Origin: Minisyncoccota bacterium | GTDB lineage: Bacteria; Patescibacteriota; Minisyncoccia; UBA6257; 2-01-FULL-56-20 | Length of the DNA: 64,000 nt | Reading direction: 5' to 3' | Assembly (NCBI GenBank): GCA_035541415.1 | Contig: DATKNI010000021.1 | Span: 708 to 64,707 of the forward strand | In this document: in pieces, positions 1 to 9,648 of the stretch | Layout of the letters: each line of letters starts with the position of its first letter | Position numbering within the stretch: position 1 is the stretch's first letter | Notes under the pieces: generated by a model | The model's input: only the letters and a program-made list of their open reading frames with translations | What the model was told of the DNA's origin: nothing | The model's database searches: none | Made by a program: the position numbers and the translations under genes

Positions 1-1050
1 TGCTCACGGGCAATTATACCGCGCCCGCGCTTTTGGCTATCGCCGACAAGGTTGGCCTCACGATGCCCATGACGAAAGGGCGTGAGCCGAGGAAATTGCA
101 TTTGAGCGAGATCTACCGCATCTTGAGCAACCCCTTCTATTACGGCTGGTACGAGTGGCCGAAAGGGAGCGGCAACTGGGCCAAGGGCAAGCACGCGCCG
201 ATGATTACCGAGGACCAGTTCGACCGCATCCAGGGATTCTTGGGCCGGCCGACCCAAGCAAGGCCGCACAACAAGCAGTTCGCTTTCACGGGACTCATGA
301 AATGCGGCTCGTGCGGTTGCGCCATCACCGCCGAGGAGAAATTCAAATACCAGAAAAATGGCAACGTCCACCGTTACGTCTACTATCGCTGCACGAGAAA
401 GCGCGATAAGGATTGCCCCGAGAAGGCGGTTGAGCTCAAAGAGTTCAACAAACAGATCGACGCCGTGATCCGCAACCTCACCGTTTCCGAGAAGTTCAAG
501 GATTGGGCGATCAAGTATCTGTATTTCTTGCGGAAGGAGGAGGCAGCCAATTACAAAACGAAATTCGAGGAGAACCAGCGGCAGCTCGCGATGGTGAACG
601 AGCATCTGGATGCTTTGCTGTTCAAATATTCCTCGCCGGAGAACCGTGATGGCGAGTTCATCAATGCGGAGGAGTTCGTGCGGATGAAATCGGCGTTGCT
701 CAAAGAGAAATCCCGATTGGAGGATGAGCTCAATGCCCAAGGCAAAGAGAAGGAGGAGTGGCTTGAGATGAGCGAGCGGACGTTCAATTTTGCTCGTTAT
801 GCGGGGATCTGGTTCGAGAAGGGAAGCGACGATATCCGCCGCGCCATTTTCGCCTGTCTTGGTTCGAGCCTGATCCTTTCCGACCAGAAGATAGCGATTT
901 CATTACGAAAACCGTTCGAAATGATCTTTGAGAGGCTGCCGCAGGCGCAAACCGAGTTCGCAAGGTTAGAGCCCGTCGAGATGCAAGCAAACACTACGCA
1001 ATTCTTCACTTGCCTACAGCAACTTCCTATTTGGAGCGGGTAACGGGAAT
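1..1050. mobile_element. Right end of an integrative element inserted at the tRNA-Gly 3' end
   Basis: Recombinase runs into the tRNA 3' end; the other att copy would lie outside the window and cannot be seen. Confidence 0.65.
3..1043 (+). CDS. Large serine recombinase, C-terminal part (recombinase domain, zinc ribbon, coiled coil); 5' end outside the window
   Basis: Frame open from position 3. ILSNPFYYG...GKHAPMITEDQF recombinase-domain signature, FTGLMKCGSCG...YYRC...C zinc ribbon, then coiled coil; adjacent to a tRNA. Confidence 0.9.
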   Translation, partial: LTGNYTAPALLAIADKVGLTMPMTKGREPRKLHLSEIYRILSNPFYYGWYEWPKGSGNWAKGKHAPMITEDQFDRIQGFLGRPTQARPHNKQFAFTGLMKCGSCGCAITAEEKFKYQKNGNVHRYVYYRCTRKRDKDCPEKAVELKEFNKQIDAVIRNLTVSEKFKDWAIKYLYFLRKEEAANYKTKFEENQRQLAMVNEHLDALLFKYSSPENRDGEFINAEEFVRMKSALLKEKSRLEDELNAQGKEKEEWLEMSERTFNFARYAGIWFEKGSDDIRRAIFACLGSSLILSDQKIAISLRKPFEMIFERLPQAQTEFARLEPVEMQANTTQFFTCLQQLPIWSG

Positions 1051-1105
1051 CGAACCCGTATCTCAACCTTGGGAAGGTCGCGTTCTACCACTGAACCATA
1101 CCCGC
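1032..1105 (-). tRNA. tRNA-Gly (anticodon CCC)
   Basis: Reverse complement GCGGGTATGGTTCAGTGGTAGAACGCGACCTTCCCAAGGTTGAGATACGGGTTCGATTCCCGTTACCCGCTCCA: acceptor stem, GGTTCGATTCC T-arm, encoded CCA. Confidence 0.97.
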
Positions 1106-1201
1106 TTGTCCAGCCGCTGGGCTGGGCAATATATAAAAGAGTAGCGCATCGCGGAACGTTTGCAAATTATAGGGAGATGTAGTTGCACGGTATTGGCGTA
1201 G

Positions 1202-1279
1202 GACAAAGTTCAGGTCGTGGGAAACGAGGATGACTGTCATTCCGTAGGTACCCTCGAGCCGATGAAAGAGCTCGCGAAA
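1202..1279 (-). pseudogene. Relic fragment of an ABC ATPase (H-loop region)
   Basis: FRELFHRLEGTYGMTVILVSHDLNFV resembles the ABC switch motif; no Walker A/B in frame. Confidence 0.5.
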
Positions 1280-1402
1280 AGACTTGCATTTTCCTGATTT
1301 TGTGGTAAAAATCAGGCTGTAGCACTCGCACCTTAACAAAATTTTTTTGGGCTCTTTTACATTTTATTCAAAAGAGTCGCAAAAAATAAATAAAAGTTTT
1401 CT

Positions 1403-4400
1403 ATGGTTAGTACAATAAAACAATTTGCTGCGGCAAGCGCTCTTGCGTTGATCATGATTATCGCAGGCACGTCTCACGCGGCATTTGCGAGTCACATCGC
1501 AGTCGCGCACGCGGATGATCAAACATCCTCAAGTTCCGTGGTGAGTTCGGCGACGAGCTCGATCTCGGTAACCAGTTCGAGCGCGGCATCGAGTTCCAGC
1601 ACGGGCACTGACGATGGTTCGGCCGTAAGCGCGGCATCATCGACGGCGGCCGGCGCAGGGATCGCTGATGCGACAAGCAGCGCATCGACAACCGTAACGA
1701 CGATCACGACCACGACGGACACGTCCGTGTCGGGAACGACCGTCGTCGCGGCAGCCGCATTTGCGGCGTCGAGCATCTCGCCTGATTGCGCCACATCAAC
1801 GCAGAAGGCAAATCTTTCGATCGTAAAATCGGTCGACGAGAAAAATCCGGGTGAAGGAGGCACGATCCATTTCACAATCGATGTCTCGAATGCCGGTCCG
1901 AATGCGGCAACCAACGTCGTTGTGAACGATACGTGGCCGAGCGGCATCACGTTTGTGAGCGCCGTCGCGTCACAAGGTTCATTCGACCCGGTTACCCATG
2001 TATGGAATGTCGGCAAGGTGGCGAACGGCGCCTCGGCGTATCTCTCGCTTGCGGTGACGGTTGATCAAGGAACGGCAGGCAAGAAGATTGTCAACAAGGC
2101 GTCGGTCCATGGCGCAGAGACGGATCCGAACACCTCGAACAATACGAGTGAGGCATCGTTTACCGTTTGCCCCAAGGAAACGCCCGTGGCAGATGTTTCT
2201 GTCACAAAACTCGTGAGCAAAGCCACTCCGGCGGAAGGCGACACGATCACGTACGTCGTGAAGGTCGCGAATGCCGGCCCGGACAAAGCTCTCGACGTTG
2301 TCGCATCCGACACGCTTCCTGCGGGTCTCGACCTGGTTGGGGCAACGACCTCAGCCGGCGTCTACTCGACGTCCACGGGAATGTGGACGGTGGGCGATCT
2401 TCCCGCGAATGCAACGGCCACGCTCATGGTTACCGCAACGGTGAAGACGGGCACGGCCGGAAAAACGATCGTGAACAGCGTTCAGGTGAAGGAGAATTCG
2501 GGCGAAACCGACCCGAATCTCGGCAATAACTCAGACTGCGCCACTATTAAAGTGCAGCCCAAGGTCGTCAATAAAGACGAAGCTGACATTGCCGTCGTGA
2601 AAACGGTGGACAATACGAACCCGGCTGCGGGAGCTACGGTGAAATACACGATCACTGCTTCTGCGCTTGGTCCGTCAACCTCGACCGGCGTCGTCGCAAC
2701 GGATACGTTGCCAGCCGGTCTCACGTTCGTTTCGGCAACCGCGACCCAGGGCACGTATGCGAGCTCGACCGGAGCCTGGACCATCGGCACGATGGCACCG
2801 AGCTCCACGGCGAAGCTCGTCATCATGGCCTCGGTGAACACGGGAACTGACGGGACGACGATCACGAATACCGCAACAATCACCGAATCGACGAGCACCG
2901 TTGACCAGAACCTCTCGAACAACAGTTCGTCGGTTGCGATCACGGTGCAATCGAACAATGGTGGCGGTGGCGGAGGCGGCAATCCGGATGCAGACATTTC
3001 GATTGCCAAAACAGTTGACAACAAGAACCCGAATGTTGGCGACACGGTGAGCTATACGGTCACCGTGACCGACCTCGGACCTTCAACCTCGACCGGCGTT
3101 GTCGCAACCGACCCGTTGCCAGCGGGACTCACATTCGTTTCCGCGACAACTTCGAAAGGATCGTACACGAGTTCAACGGGCGCGTGGACGGTGGGTACAT
3201 TGTCCCTCAACGCGACCGCGACGCTTACGATCGCTGCAACGGTGAACTCGGGAACGGCGGGAACATCGATCACGAACACCGCGACGGTTGCTGAATCCGC
3301 GTCGGTTAATGACACGAATTCGAACAACAACACCGCAAGCACCACAATCACGGTGGCAGGCGGCGGAGGAGGTGGCGGTTCGACCACAGACCTCGCGATT
3401 ACAAAGACGGTTGACAACACGAGTCCCGCGGCAGGTGACACGGTGAACTACACGATCACGGTGACCGCCGGGGGCAACGCAACGTCATCCCTTGTGCTTG
3501 TGAGCGATGCTCTGCCAAATGGCATCACGGTTGCCTCGATGACTGCTTCCACGGGAACGGTCACCGACGGCGGCACGGTAACGTGGGATAAATTCGATTT
3601 GGCTCCGAACGCGACAGCGACCCTCGTCATCTCGGCGGTTGTCGGCGCGGATCAAGCGGGCCAGACGATCACGAACACGGCGACGGTGACGTCGACCCTC
3701 GGTTCATTCGTTGACAGCAATCCCGCCAACAATTCTTCCTCAGTTTCGTTCACGGTTCAGACTCCGGTTTGTACGGTGAACTGCGGCGGAGGGGGAGGCG
3801 GAGGCGGTGGTGGCGGCGGTTCAACGCCGACGGCTGAAATCGCCGTTGCCAAAACCGTTGACAACGCAACCCCGAATCCTGGCGACACGATCCATTACAC
3901 GATCACCGTTTCGGCGCTCGGCCCCTCGGCTTCACTCGGAGTCGTAGCAACCGACACCGTACCGGCAGGCATCACCTTCGTTTCGGCAAGCACGTCGATG
4001 GGAACGTATGCGAGCTCCACGGGAACGTGGACGATCGGAACGCTCTCAAACGGCCAGAACGCAACCCTTGCTATCACGGCAACCGTGAATCCGGGAACGG
4101 CTGGTCAGACGATCACGAACACCGCGGTTGTCGGCGAGTCGACGAGCGTCAACAATCCGAATACGAGCAATGATACTGCTTCAGCTACGATAACCGTGGC
4201 TGGCGGCGGCAATGGCGGTGGTGGCGGCAGTGGGGGAGGAGGTGGCGGTGGTGGCGGTGGCGGCGGCCAGGTTCTCGGCTCAAGCACGAGCACGGGCGGC
4301 GGCCAAATCCTCGGCGCAAGCTGCGGTCTCTATCTCACGCAGTACATCCACCCCGTTCGCAAGTATCTGAACGATCCAGGAGAGGTGAAGAAGTTGCAGA

Positions 4401-4639
4401 TCTTCCTTAACGAGAACGTTGGGGCGAATCTGCCGATCACCGGTTACTATGGCCAAAAGACCATAGCGGCCGTGGATCAATTCCAAGTGAAATATCACAC
4501 GGAAGTGCTCCTGCCATGGCTCCCATACGGACTTCAGACCCAGTTCACGCCGACGGATTATGTCTACAAGACGACCCAGCGGTGGATCAACTTGGTCATG
4601 TGTCCGGCGCTCAACCTTCAGACTCCTCAGCTCCCGTAA
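1403..4639 (+). CDS. Large surface protein: signal peptide, Ser/Thr-rich stalk, six DUF11 Ig-like repeats, C-terminal peptidoglycan-binding-like domain
   Basis: Six ADxxxxKTVD..P..GDT.xYTI...DxLPxGxTFVS repeats; poly-Gly linkers; GQVLG motif then EVKKLQIFLN...TGYYGQKTIAAVDQFQ. Confidence 0.85.
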   Translation: MVSTIKQFAAASALALIMIIAGTSHAAFASHIAVAHADDQTSSSSVVSSATSSISVTSSSAASSSSTGTDDGSAVSAASSTAAGAGIADATSSASTTVTTITTTTDTSVSGTTVVAAAAFAASSISPDCATSTQKANLSIVKSVDEKNPGEGGTIHFTIDVSNAGPNAATNVVVNDTWPSGITFVSAVASQGSFDPVTHVWNVGKVANGASAYLSLAVTVDQGTAGKKIVNKASVHGAETDPNTSNNTSEASFTVCPKETPVADVSVTKLVSKATPAEGDTITYVVKVANAGPDKALDVVASDTLPAGLDLVGATTSAGVYSTSTGMWTVGDLPANATATLMVTATVKTGTAGKTIVNSVQVKENSGETDPNLGNNSDCATIKVQPKVVNKDEADIAVVKTVDNTNPAAGATVKYTITASALGPSTSTGVVATDTLPAGLTFVSATATQGTYASSTGAWTIGTMAPSSTAKLVIMASVNTGTDGTTITNTATITESTSTVDQNLSNNSSSVAITVQSNNGGGGGGGNPDADISIAKTVDNKNPNVGDTVSYTVTVTDLGPSTSTGVVATDPLPAGLTFVSATTSKGSYTSSTGAWTVGTLSLNATATLTIAATVNSGTAGTSITNTATVAESASVNDTNSNNNTASTTITVAGGGGGGGSTTDLAITKTVDNTSPAAGDTVNYTITVTAGGNATSSLVLVSDALPNGITVASMTASTGTVTDGGTVTWDKFDLAPNATATLVISAVVGADQAGQTITNTATVTSTLGSFVDSNPANNSSSVSFTVQTPVCTVNCGGGGGGGGGGGGSTPTAEIAVAKTVDNATPNPGDTIHYTITVSALGPSASLGVVATDTVPAGITFVSASTSMGTYASSTGTWTIGTLSNGQNATLAITATVNPGTAGQTITNTAVVGESTSVNNPNTSNDTASATITVAGGGNGGGGGSGGGGGGGGGGGGQVLGSSTSTGGGQILGASCGLYLTQYIHPVRKYLNDPGEVKKLQIFLNENVGANLPITGYYGQKTIAAVDQFQVKYHTEVLLPWLPYGLQTQFTPTDYVYKTTQRWINLVMCPALNLQTPQLP

Positions 4640-4702
4640 GCGAAATATCTGCCGAACGCAGATAAAAGTACGGCGAGAGGAACTGCAAGAAGCAAGGAAC
4701 CA

Positions 4703-4733
4703 GCAAAGGCCCCGATTCTGTCGGGGCTTTTGC
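4703..4733 (+). terminator. Intrinsic terminator
   Basis: GCAAAGGCCCCGA-ttctg-TCGGGGCTTTTGC. Confidence 0.7.
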
Positions 4734-4810
4734 GTTGAAAGGGATTATTAAAATTCAATTAAATTGCTGAACCCTTGCGCCATATATGTCGGTATGGTAT
4801 AATATTTTCA

Positions 4811-5911
4811 ATGAAAAAAGTGCGCGTGAAGAAGCATCGAATCAAGAAGTATCTCATTCCCCATGAGGAAAATGACTTCATGCCGAAATTGCTTCGGCCG
4901 AAGTTCGTTGCTTTTGTCTGCATGATCATGATCGCCGGGGAAATCGCTTTTCTTCTCGGCGCAACGTATGTAGCGCCGCGTTCAAAACTTTTCGGCATTA
5001 TCCTCACGAACGCTCTCGTTGACCAGACCAACGAAAGCCGCACGGCAAACGGTGTGCCCGCGCTCCACGAGAATGCAACGCTCGATGCGGCGGCCCAGCT
5101 CAAAGCGAACGACATGGTGAAGAATAATTATTTTGCGCACACAAGCCCGGCCGGCCTCACGCCGTGGTATTGGTTTGACCAGGTTGGATACAATTTTAAT
5201 TACGCCGGCGAAAATCTCGCCGTGAATTTTTCCGATTCAGAGGATGTGACGAGCGCTTGGATGAATTCTCCGGAACATCGCGAAAATATTTTGAACGCCA
5301 ATTATTCTGATATTGGTATGGCGACGGCGCAGGGGATGTTCCAGGGACATCCGGCAACGTATGTCGTGGAACTTTTTGGCACCCAGGCGCCAGTTGCCGT
5401 GGCGAACGGAATTCCGGGTATCTCATCCGCGCAAGCTGCGACACAGCTTGCACCAACTTCGACTGCGACAACGACGGCAGTAAAACCAAAACCCAAGCCA
5501 ATCACAAAACCGATTGCCACCGCGACGACGTCCACGGTTGCGGTCACGACGACTTCAGTCGCATCATCCGGTGCGAGTTCGATCGTCTTGCCGAATATCG
5601 CCTCAGAGACTGAATCAACCACGGAACACGCGACGAGCGTGACGCTTGGATTTGTTTCGTCCGACAACAACGCGCCGACCGTCCGGCAATCGAATATCTT
5701 CCAGGAGGCGCTCGCCGATCCGCGCAAGCTTGCGAATGACGTTTATCTCGTCTTGATGGGAATCTTCTTTGTCGCGCTCATGCTGAACATTTTCATTAAA
5801 ATTCGCATCCAGTATCCCAAGCTCATCATCGGCGGCATCCTCGTGATCGTCGTTGCCGGCTTGGCCGTGATGCTCAACCAGAGCATGGCAGCGCATATCG
5901 CGATTTTGTAA
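4811..5911 (+). CDS. Membrane-anchored CAP/SCP-domain protein
   Basis: LVDQTNESR...LDAAAQLKANDM..NNYFAHTSP...AGENLA...WMNSPEHRENIL; N- and C-terminal TM helices; start placed at the ATG 7 nt after TATAAT. Confidence 0.9.
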   Translation: MKKVRVKKHRIKKYLIPHEENDFMPKLLRPKFVAFVCMIMIAGEIAFLLGATYVAPRSKLFGIILTNALVDQTNESRTANGVPALHENATLDAAAQLKANDMVKNNYFAHTSPAGLTPWYWFDQVGYNFNYAGENLAVNFSDSEDVTSAWMNSPEHRENILNANYSDIGMATAQGMFQGHPATYVVELFGTQAPVAVANGIPGISSAQAATQLAPTSTATTTAVKPKPKPITKPIATATTSTVAVTTTSVASSGASSIVLPNIASETESTTEHATSVTLGFVSSDNNAPTVRQSNIFQEALADPRKLANDVYLVLMGIFFVALMLNIFIKIRIQYPKLIIGGILVIVVAGLAVMLNQSMAAHIAIL

Positions 5912-5983
5912 ACAGGCATTATGAGGCGCGGGAAATCCCTGCGCCTTTAGCTTTTTTACGGCCGCGCTGTACAATAGATGCAC

Positions 5984-7693
5984 ATGGCTGGCTCCACAAC
6001 CGAACTTATTAAAGGGAAGCTCGACATCGTCGATTTTTTGCGAGGATATCTCACGCTCACGCCCGCTGGCAGGAATTTCAAGGCGCTGTGCCCGTTCCAC
6101 CATGAAAAGACGCCGTCGTTTATGGTTTCGCCCGACCGGCAGACGTGGCATTGTTTTGGCTGCGGCTTGGGAGGCGACGTTTTCACCTTCATTATGAAGT
6201 ATGAAAATCTGGAGTTCACCGAAGCGATGCGCATGCTTGCCGAAAAAGCCGGCGTGGAGTTGCGGCACGAAAATCCGGCGGAGTACCGCTATAGCGGCTT
6301 GCTCTACGATCTGAACGATCAGGCAAAAAATTATTACCGCAAGATGCTCGCCGCGGCGCCGGTCGCGAAGAAATATTTGGACGAGCGGGGTTTGAGCGCG
6401 GAAACGATCGACACGTTCGAAATCGGCTGGGCGCCCAATGAGCCGGAAGGCTTGTCGATGTATTTATTGAACAACGGAACGGCGCCGCAGGACCTCATCC
6501 AAGCGGGGCTCTCCATCAAAACAGAACGCGGCCTGATGCTTGACCGGTTCCGCGGCCGCATCATGTTCCCGATCCATAATCACGTCGGCAAAGTCGTCGG
6601 TTTCACCGGGCGCATTCTCCCGCAGCTCGACAAAGGCGACATGGGCAAATACATCAACAGCCCCGAAACGCCGATTTTCCAAAAATCAAAATTGCTGTAT
6701 GGATTCTGGAAGAGCAAAGACGCCATTCGAGAAGCGAAGGTCGCCGTCCTCATGGAGGGCCAGATGGATTTTCTGATGAGCTATCAATCCGGCGTGAAAA
6801 ACGTCATCGCAAGTTCCGGCACGGCGCTCACCGCTGACCATCTGCACGTGGTGCACCGCCTCGCGGAAGAAATTGTTTTGTGTTTCGATAGCGACATTGC
6901 CGGCGCCGATGCCGCCGAGCGCGCGATTGACCTCGCCGAAGCGGGGGACTTTACGGTGAAGATCGCCACCTTCAAGGAATTCAAAGATGCCGCCGACGCC
7001 GCAAAAGCGAATCCGGAAAACGTTGCAAAGACAATCGCCGCAGCCGTTCCCGCGCCGGAATTCTATTTTGCAAAATACCTGCCGAACGATAATAACGAGC
7101 TCAAAACGCGCGACGGTTTGCACAAGCTTCGGGCGGTGCTCGCCAAATTGAAAAATCTCGCAAGTCCGGTTGAGCGGAGTTTTTGGCTTGCGGAACTTTC
7201 GAACCGCACCGCGATCGACGAGCGGGTCCTCCGGGAGGAATCGGCAAAGGCAAACCCGTCCGGCATCCCGGCGGCGAAGCGGTCGGGAGAACAGGATGAG
7301 GAAATCGCCAAGCGGCATGTTTCGCGGCAGGACCGCTTGTGCGAGCAGCTCCTCGTCGCCGCATTCGCAAAAAATGATTTTTCCTTGGCGGAGGATTGCC
7401 TCCCGTATTTCAAACCGGCACAAAAAGAAGTGTTCAGGCTCTTGAAGAGCGGCAAAAAGAAAAGCGAAGATCCTTCGCTCGACCAGGCGATCGACCTCGT
7501 GATCCTCGGGGGTTCGAGCGAACTTACGGACGACGAGATCGCCGCCCTCAAAGCCGAGCTTGCGAAGGAATATTATAAAGAGCGCCGGCAGATCCTCGCG
7601 ACCGCAATCAAGAACGCCGAGGCAAAAGGGAACGACGCCGAACTCAAAGCCGCGCTCGAAGAACTGAAAAACCTTCCGGCGATAAGCGAGTGA
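5984..7693 (+). CDS. dnaG: DNA primase
   Basis: CPFHHEKTPSF...CFGC zinc finger, DRFRGRIMFPI, KYINSPET, EGQMD, CFDSDIAG TOPRIM; precedes rpoD. Confidence 0.97.
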   Translation: MAGSTTELIKGKLDIVDFLRGYLTLTPAGRNFKALCPFHHEKTPSFMVSPDRQTWHCFGCGLGGDVFTFIMKYENLEFTEAMRMLAEKAGVELRHENPAEYRYSGLLYDLNDQAKNYYRKMLAAAPVAKKYLDERGLSAETIDTFEIGWAPNEPEGLSMYLLNNGTAPQDLIQAGLSIKTERGLMLDRFRGRIMFPIHNHVGKVVGFTGRILPQLDKGDMGKYINSPETPIFQKSKLLYGFWKSKDAIREAKVAVLMEGQMDFLMSYQSGVKNVIASSGTALTADHLHVVHRLAEEIVLCFDSDIAGADAAERAIDLAEAGDFTVKIATFKEFKDAADAAKANPENVAKTIAAAVPAPEFYFAKYLPNDNNELKTRDGLHKLRAVLAKLKNLASPVERSFWLAELSNRTAIDERVLREESAKANPSGIPAAKRSGEQDEEIAKRHVSRQDRLCEQLLVAAFAKNDFSLAEDCLPYFKPAQKEVFRLLKSGKKKSEDPSLDQAIDLVILGGSSELTDDEIAALKAELAKEYYKERRQILATAIKNAEAKGNDAELKAALEELKNLPAISE

Positions 7694-7748
7694 ACTCGGT
7701 GAGGCCTTGCATTTTTGTAACAAATACTGAATAATAAGGTATCAATAA

Positions 7749-9017
7749 ATGTCCCCGAAACGCGCGCAGTCCCGGAAGCCGAAGGCGAAAAAAGTGAAAA
7801 CTATGGCCAAGAATCCTAAAACTTCCAAAAAGAAGCTTATTAAATCCGGTTCAAAAAAGTCCTCGGGGAAGGCTATCAAATCAAAAGCAGCCAAAGGAAA
7901 GAAGAGCAGCAAGCCGCTCACCAAGCTCGAGAAGAGCATCAAGGCGAGCGCCCGCGAAATCAATGAGCTCATTGAGCGCGGCCGCCCTCGCGGCTTTGTG
8001 ACCGACAACGAGATTCTCTATTATTTCCCGAAGATCGAGGACAACGTTGAATTATTGGATGAAATCTATGACCGCTTGGAAAAAGCGGGCATTAAAGTTA
8101 TCGAGACGAGCGCCCTCATCGACTTTTCAAAAGACGAAGACGACCGCAACTTTGACGACTCGATGGCATTCGAAGGCGATGTGCCGGATGCCGTCCAGAT
8201 GTACCTGAAGGAAATCGGCAAGACGCCGCTCCTTTCAAAAGACGAAGAGCGCGATCTCGCAAAGCGCGCCGAGAAAGGGGACGAAGAGGCCCGCCAGCGG
8301 TTGATGAAGGCAAACTTGCGCCTCGTGGTTTCGATCGCAAAGCGCTACGTGAACCGCACGCCGCACCTTTCCATCCTCGATCTGATCCAGGAAGGCAATA
8401 TTGGTTTGTCCCGCGCGGTCGAAAAATTCGACTACCGCCGCGGATTCAAATTTTCAACCTACGCAACCTGGTGGATCCGCCAGGCGATCACGCGCGCATT
8501 GGCCGACCAGTCGCGCACGGTCCGCATCCCGGTCCACATGGTGGAAACGATTTCAAAATATACGCAGGTGCGCCGCCAGCTTATTCAGGAGCTTGGCCGC
8601 GATCCGCTCGCAGAAGAAATCGCCGCCGAAATGGGCATCGATGTAGACAAGGTGCGCCATATCCAAAAGATTTCCCAGGAAGTGCTGTCGATCGAAACGC
8701 CGATCGGCGACGAAGAAGATTCAACCTTGTCAGATTTCATTCCGGACGAAAAGAACGCCACGCCGTCCCAGCTCACGGCGCGCGCGATGCTCCGCGACCT
8801 CATCAAGGAAATCATGATCGACCTCACCGAACGCGAACAGCAGATCTTGAAGATGCGTTTCGGCCTGGACGACGGCATCAGTCACACGCTCGAAGAAGTG
8901 GGCAAGGCATTCGGCGTCACGCGCGAACGCATCCGCCAGATCGAAGCCAAGGCTTTGGAGAAGATCCGCGAACACGGGAAAGCCCCGGCTCTCGAAGGAT
9001 TCGAAAATATTTCATAA
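7749..9017 (+). CDS. rpoD: Primary sigma-70 factor with Lys-rich N-terminal extension
   Basis: [68 protein letters not shown]. Confidence 0.97.
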   Translation: MSPKRAQSRKPKAKKVKTMAKNPKTSKKKLIKSGSKKSSGKAIKSKAAKGKKSSKPLTKLEKSIKASAREINELIERGRPRGFVTDNEILYYFPKIEDNVELLDEIYDRLEKAGIKVIETSALIDFSKDEDDRNFDDSMAFEGDVPDAVQMYLKEIGKTPLLSKDEERDLAKRAEKGDEEARQRLMKANLRLVVSIAKRYVNRTPHLSILDLIQEGNIGLSRAVEKFDYRRGFKFSTYATWWIRQAITRALADQSRTVRIPVHMVETISKYTQVRRQLIQELGRDPLAEEIAAEMGIDVDKVRHIQKISQEVLSIETPIGDEEDSTLSDFIPDEKNATPSQLTARAMLRDLIKEIMIDLTEREQQILKMRFGLDDGISHTLEEVGKAFGVTRERIRQIEAKALEKIREHGKAPALEGFENIS

Positions 9018-9033
9018 ACCGTCGGCGAAAAAG

Positions 9034-9062
9034 AAAGGCCCAGATCATTCTGCGCCTTTTTT
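9034..9062. terminator. Terminator between rpoD and the convergent ORF
   Basis: AAAGGCCCAGA-tcat-TCTGCGCCTTTTTT with an A-tract upstream. Confidence 0.55.
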
Positions 9063-9353
9063 GATGAATATTTTTTCCTGCAGGTGGGCGAGTACGCCTA
9101 TCCCCAGTGCGGCTGCTTCCGGATGCTGGACGCGATAGCAGATCTCTGCGATGCAGACCGGACACGTTGCCGCCGCCCCTTCGTCATCTTCTCGGGCGAT
9201 GGTGATGGTGCACGTTTTTCCGCAGATCGACTGCGCGCCGACGCAAAAATGGATTTCTTCGGAATGCTCGGCTTCGGTGCAGAGGGTTATGCCTTTCGGC
9301 AGTTTTTGGAATACGATTGCCTCCGGCGAGGAGGGAATCTTATGGATCTTCAT
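9045..9353 (-). CDS. Cys-rich hypothetical protein (102 aa)
   Basis: GAGGGA RBS-like site upstream; seven Cys including CPVC. Confidence 0.55.
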   Translation of the reverse strand: MKIHKIPSSPEAIVFQKLPKGITLCTEAEHSEEIHFCVGAQSICGKTCTITIAREDDEGAAATCPVCIAEICYRVQHPEAAALGIGVLAHLQEKIFIKKGAE

Positions 9354-9624
9354 TGATCGTCCCTCATCGTAACTATTGAAACTATACGGATGAGAGATAG
9401 AGAAAAGTTAAAGGGCTTATTTTTCCATGGGTTTCCGGCGTAATCAACGCCAATCCGCTTCCGCGCGATGATCTCACGGCCTTGTACGGTTACGCCTCGA
9501 CTTCGGTGATCATGATGGCGATTTCCCGGCCGCGCATGCGGTGCACCGCATATTTGCCGAGTAACTCGCGGGCGACGACGAGCGTGGGTCGCGCAAAGAA
9601 AGATTTTGTCAATATCTTTTTCAT
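9350..9624 (-). pseudogene. mpg: DNA-3-methyladenine glycosylase (MPG/AAG family) pseudogene with internal deletion
   Basis: N-part MKKILTKSFFARPTLVVARELLGKY...MITEVEA* (9624-9490) joined out of frame to the C-part RGVTV...RKRIGVDYAGNPWKNKPFNF; catalytic core missing. Confidence 0.8.
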
Positions 9625-9648
9625 ATTTTTTTCATTATAATCATTTGC

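Noticed and set aside
4200-4270. GGN repeats as a phase-variation locus
   Set aside because: In-frame poly-Gly with mixed codons; slippage would only change linker length
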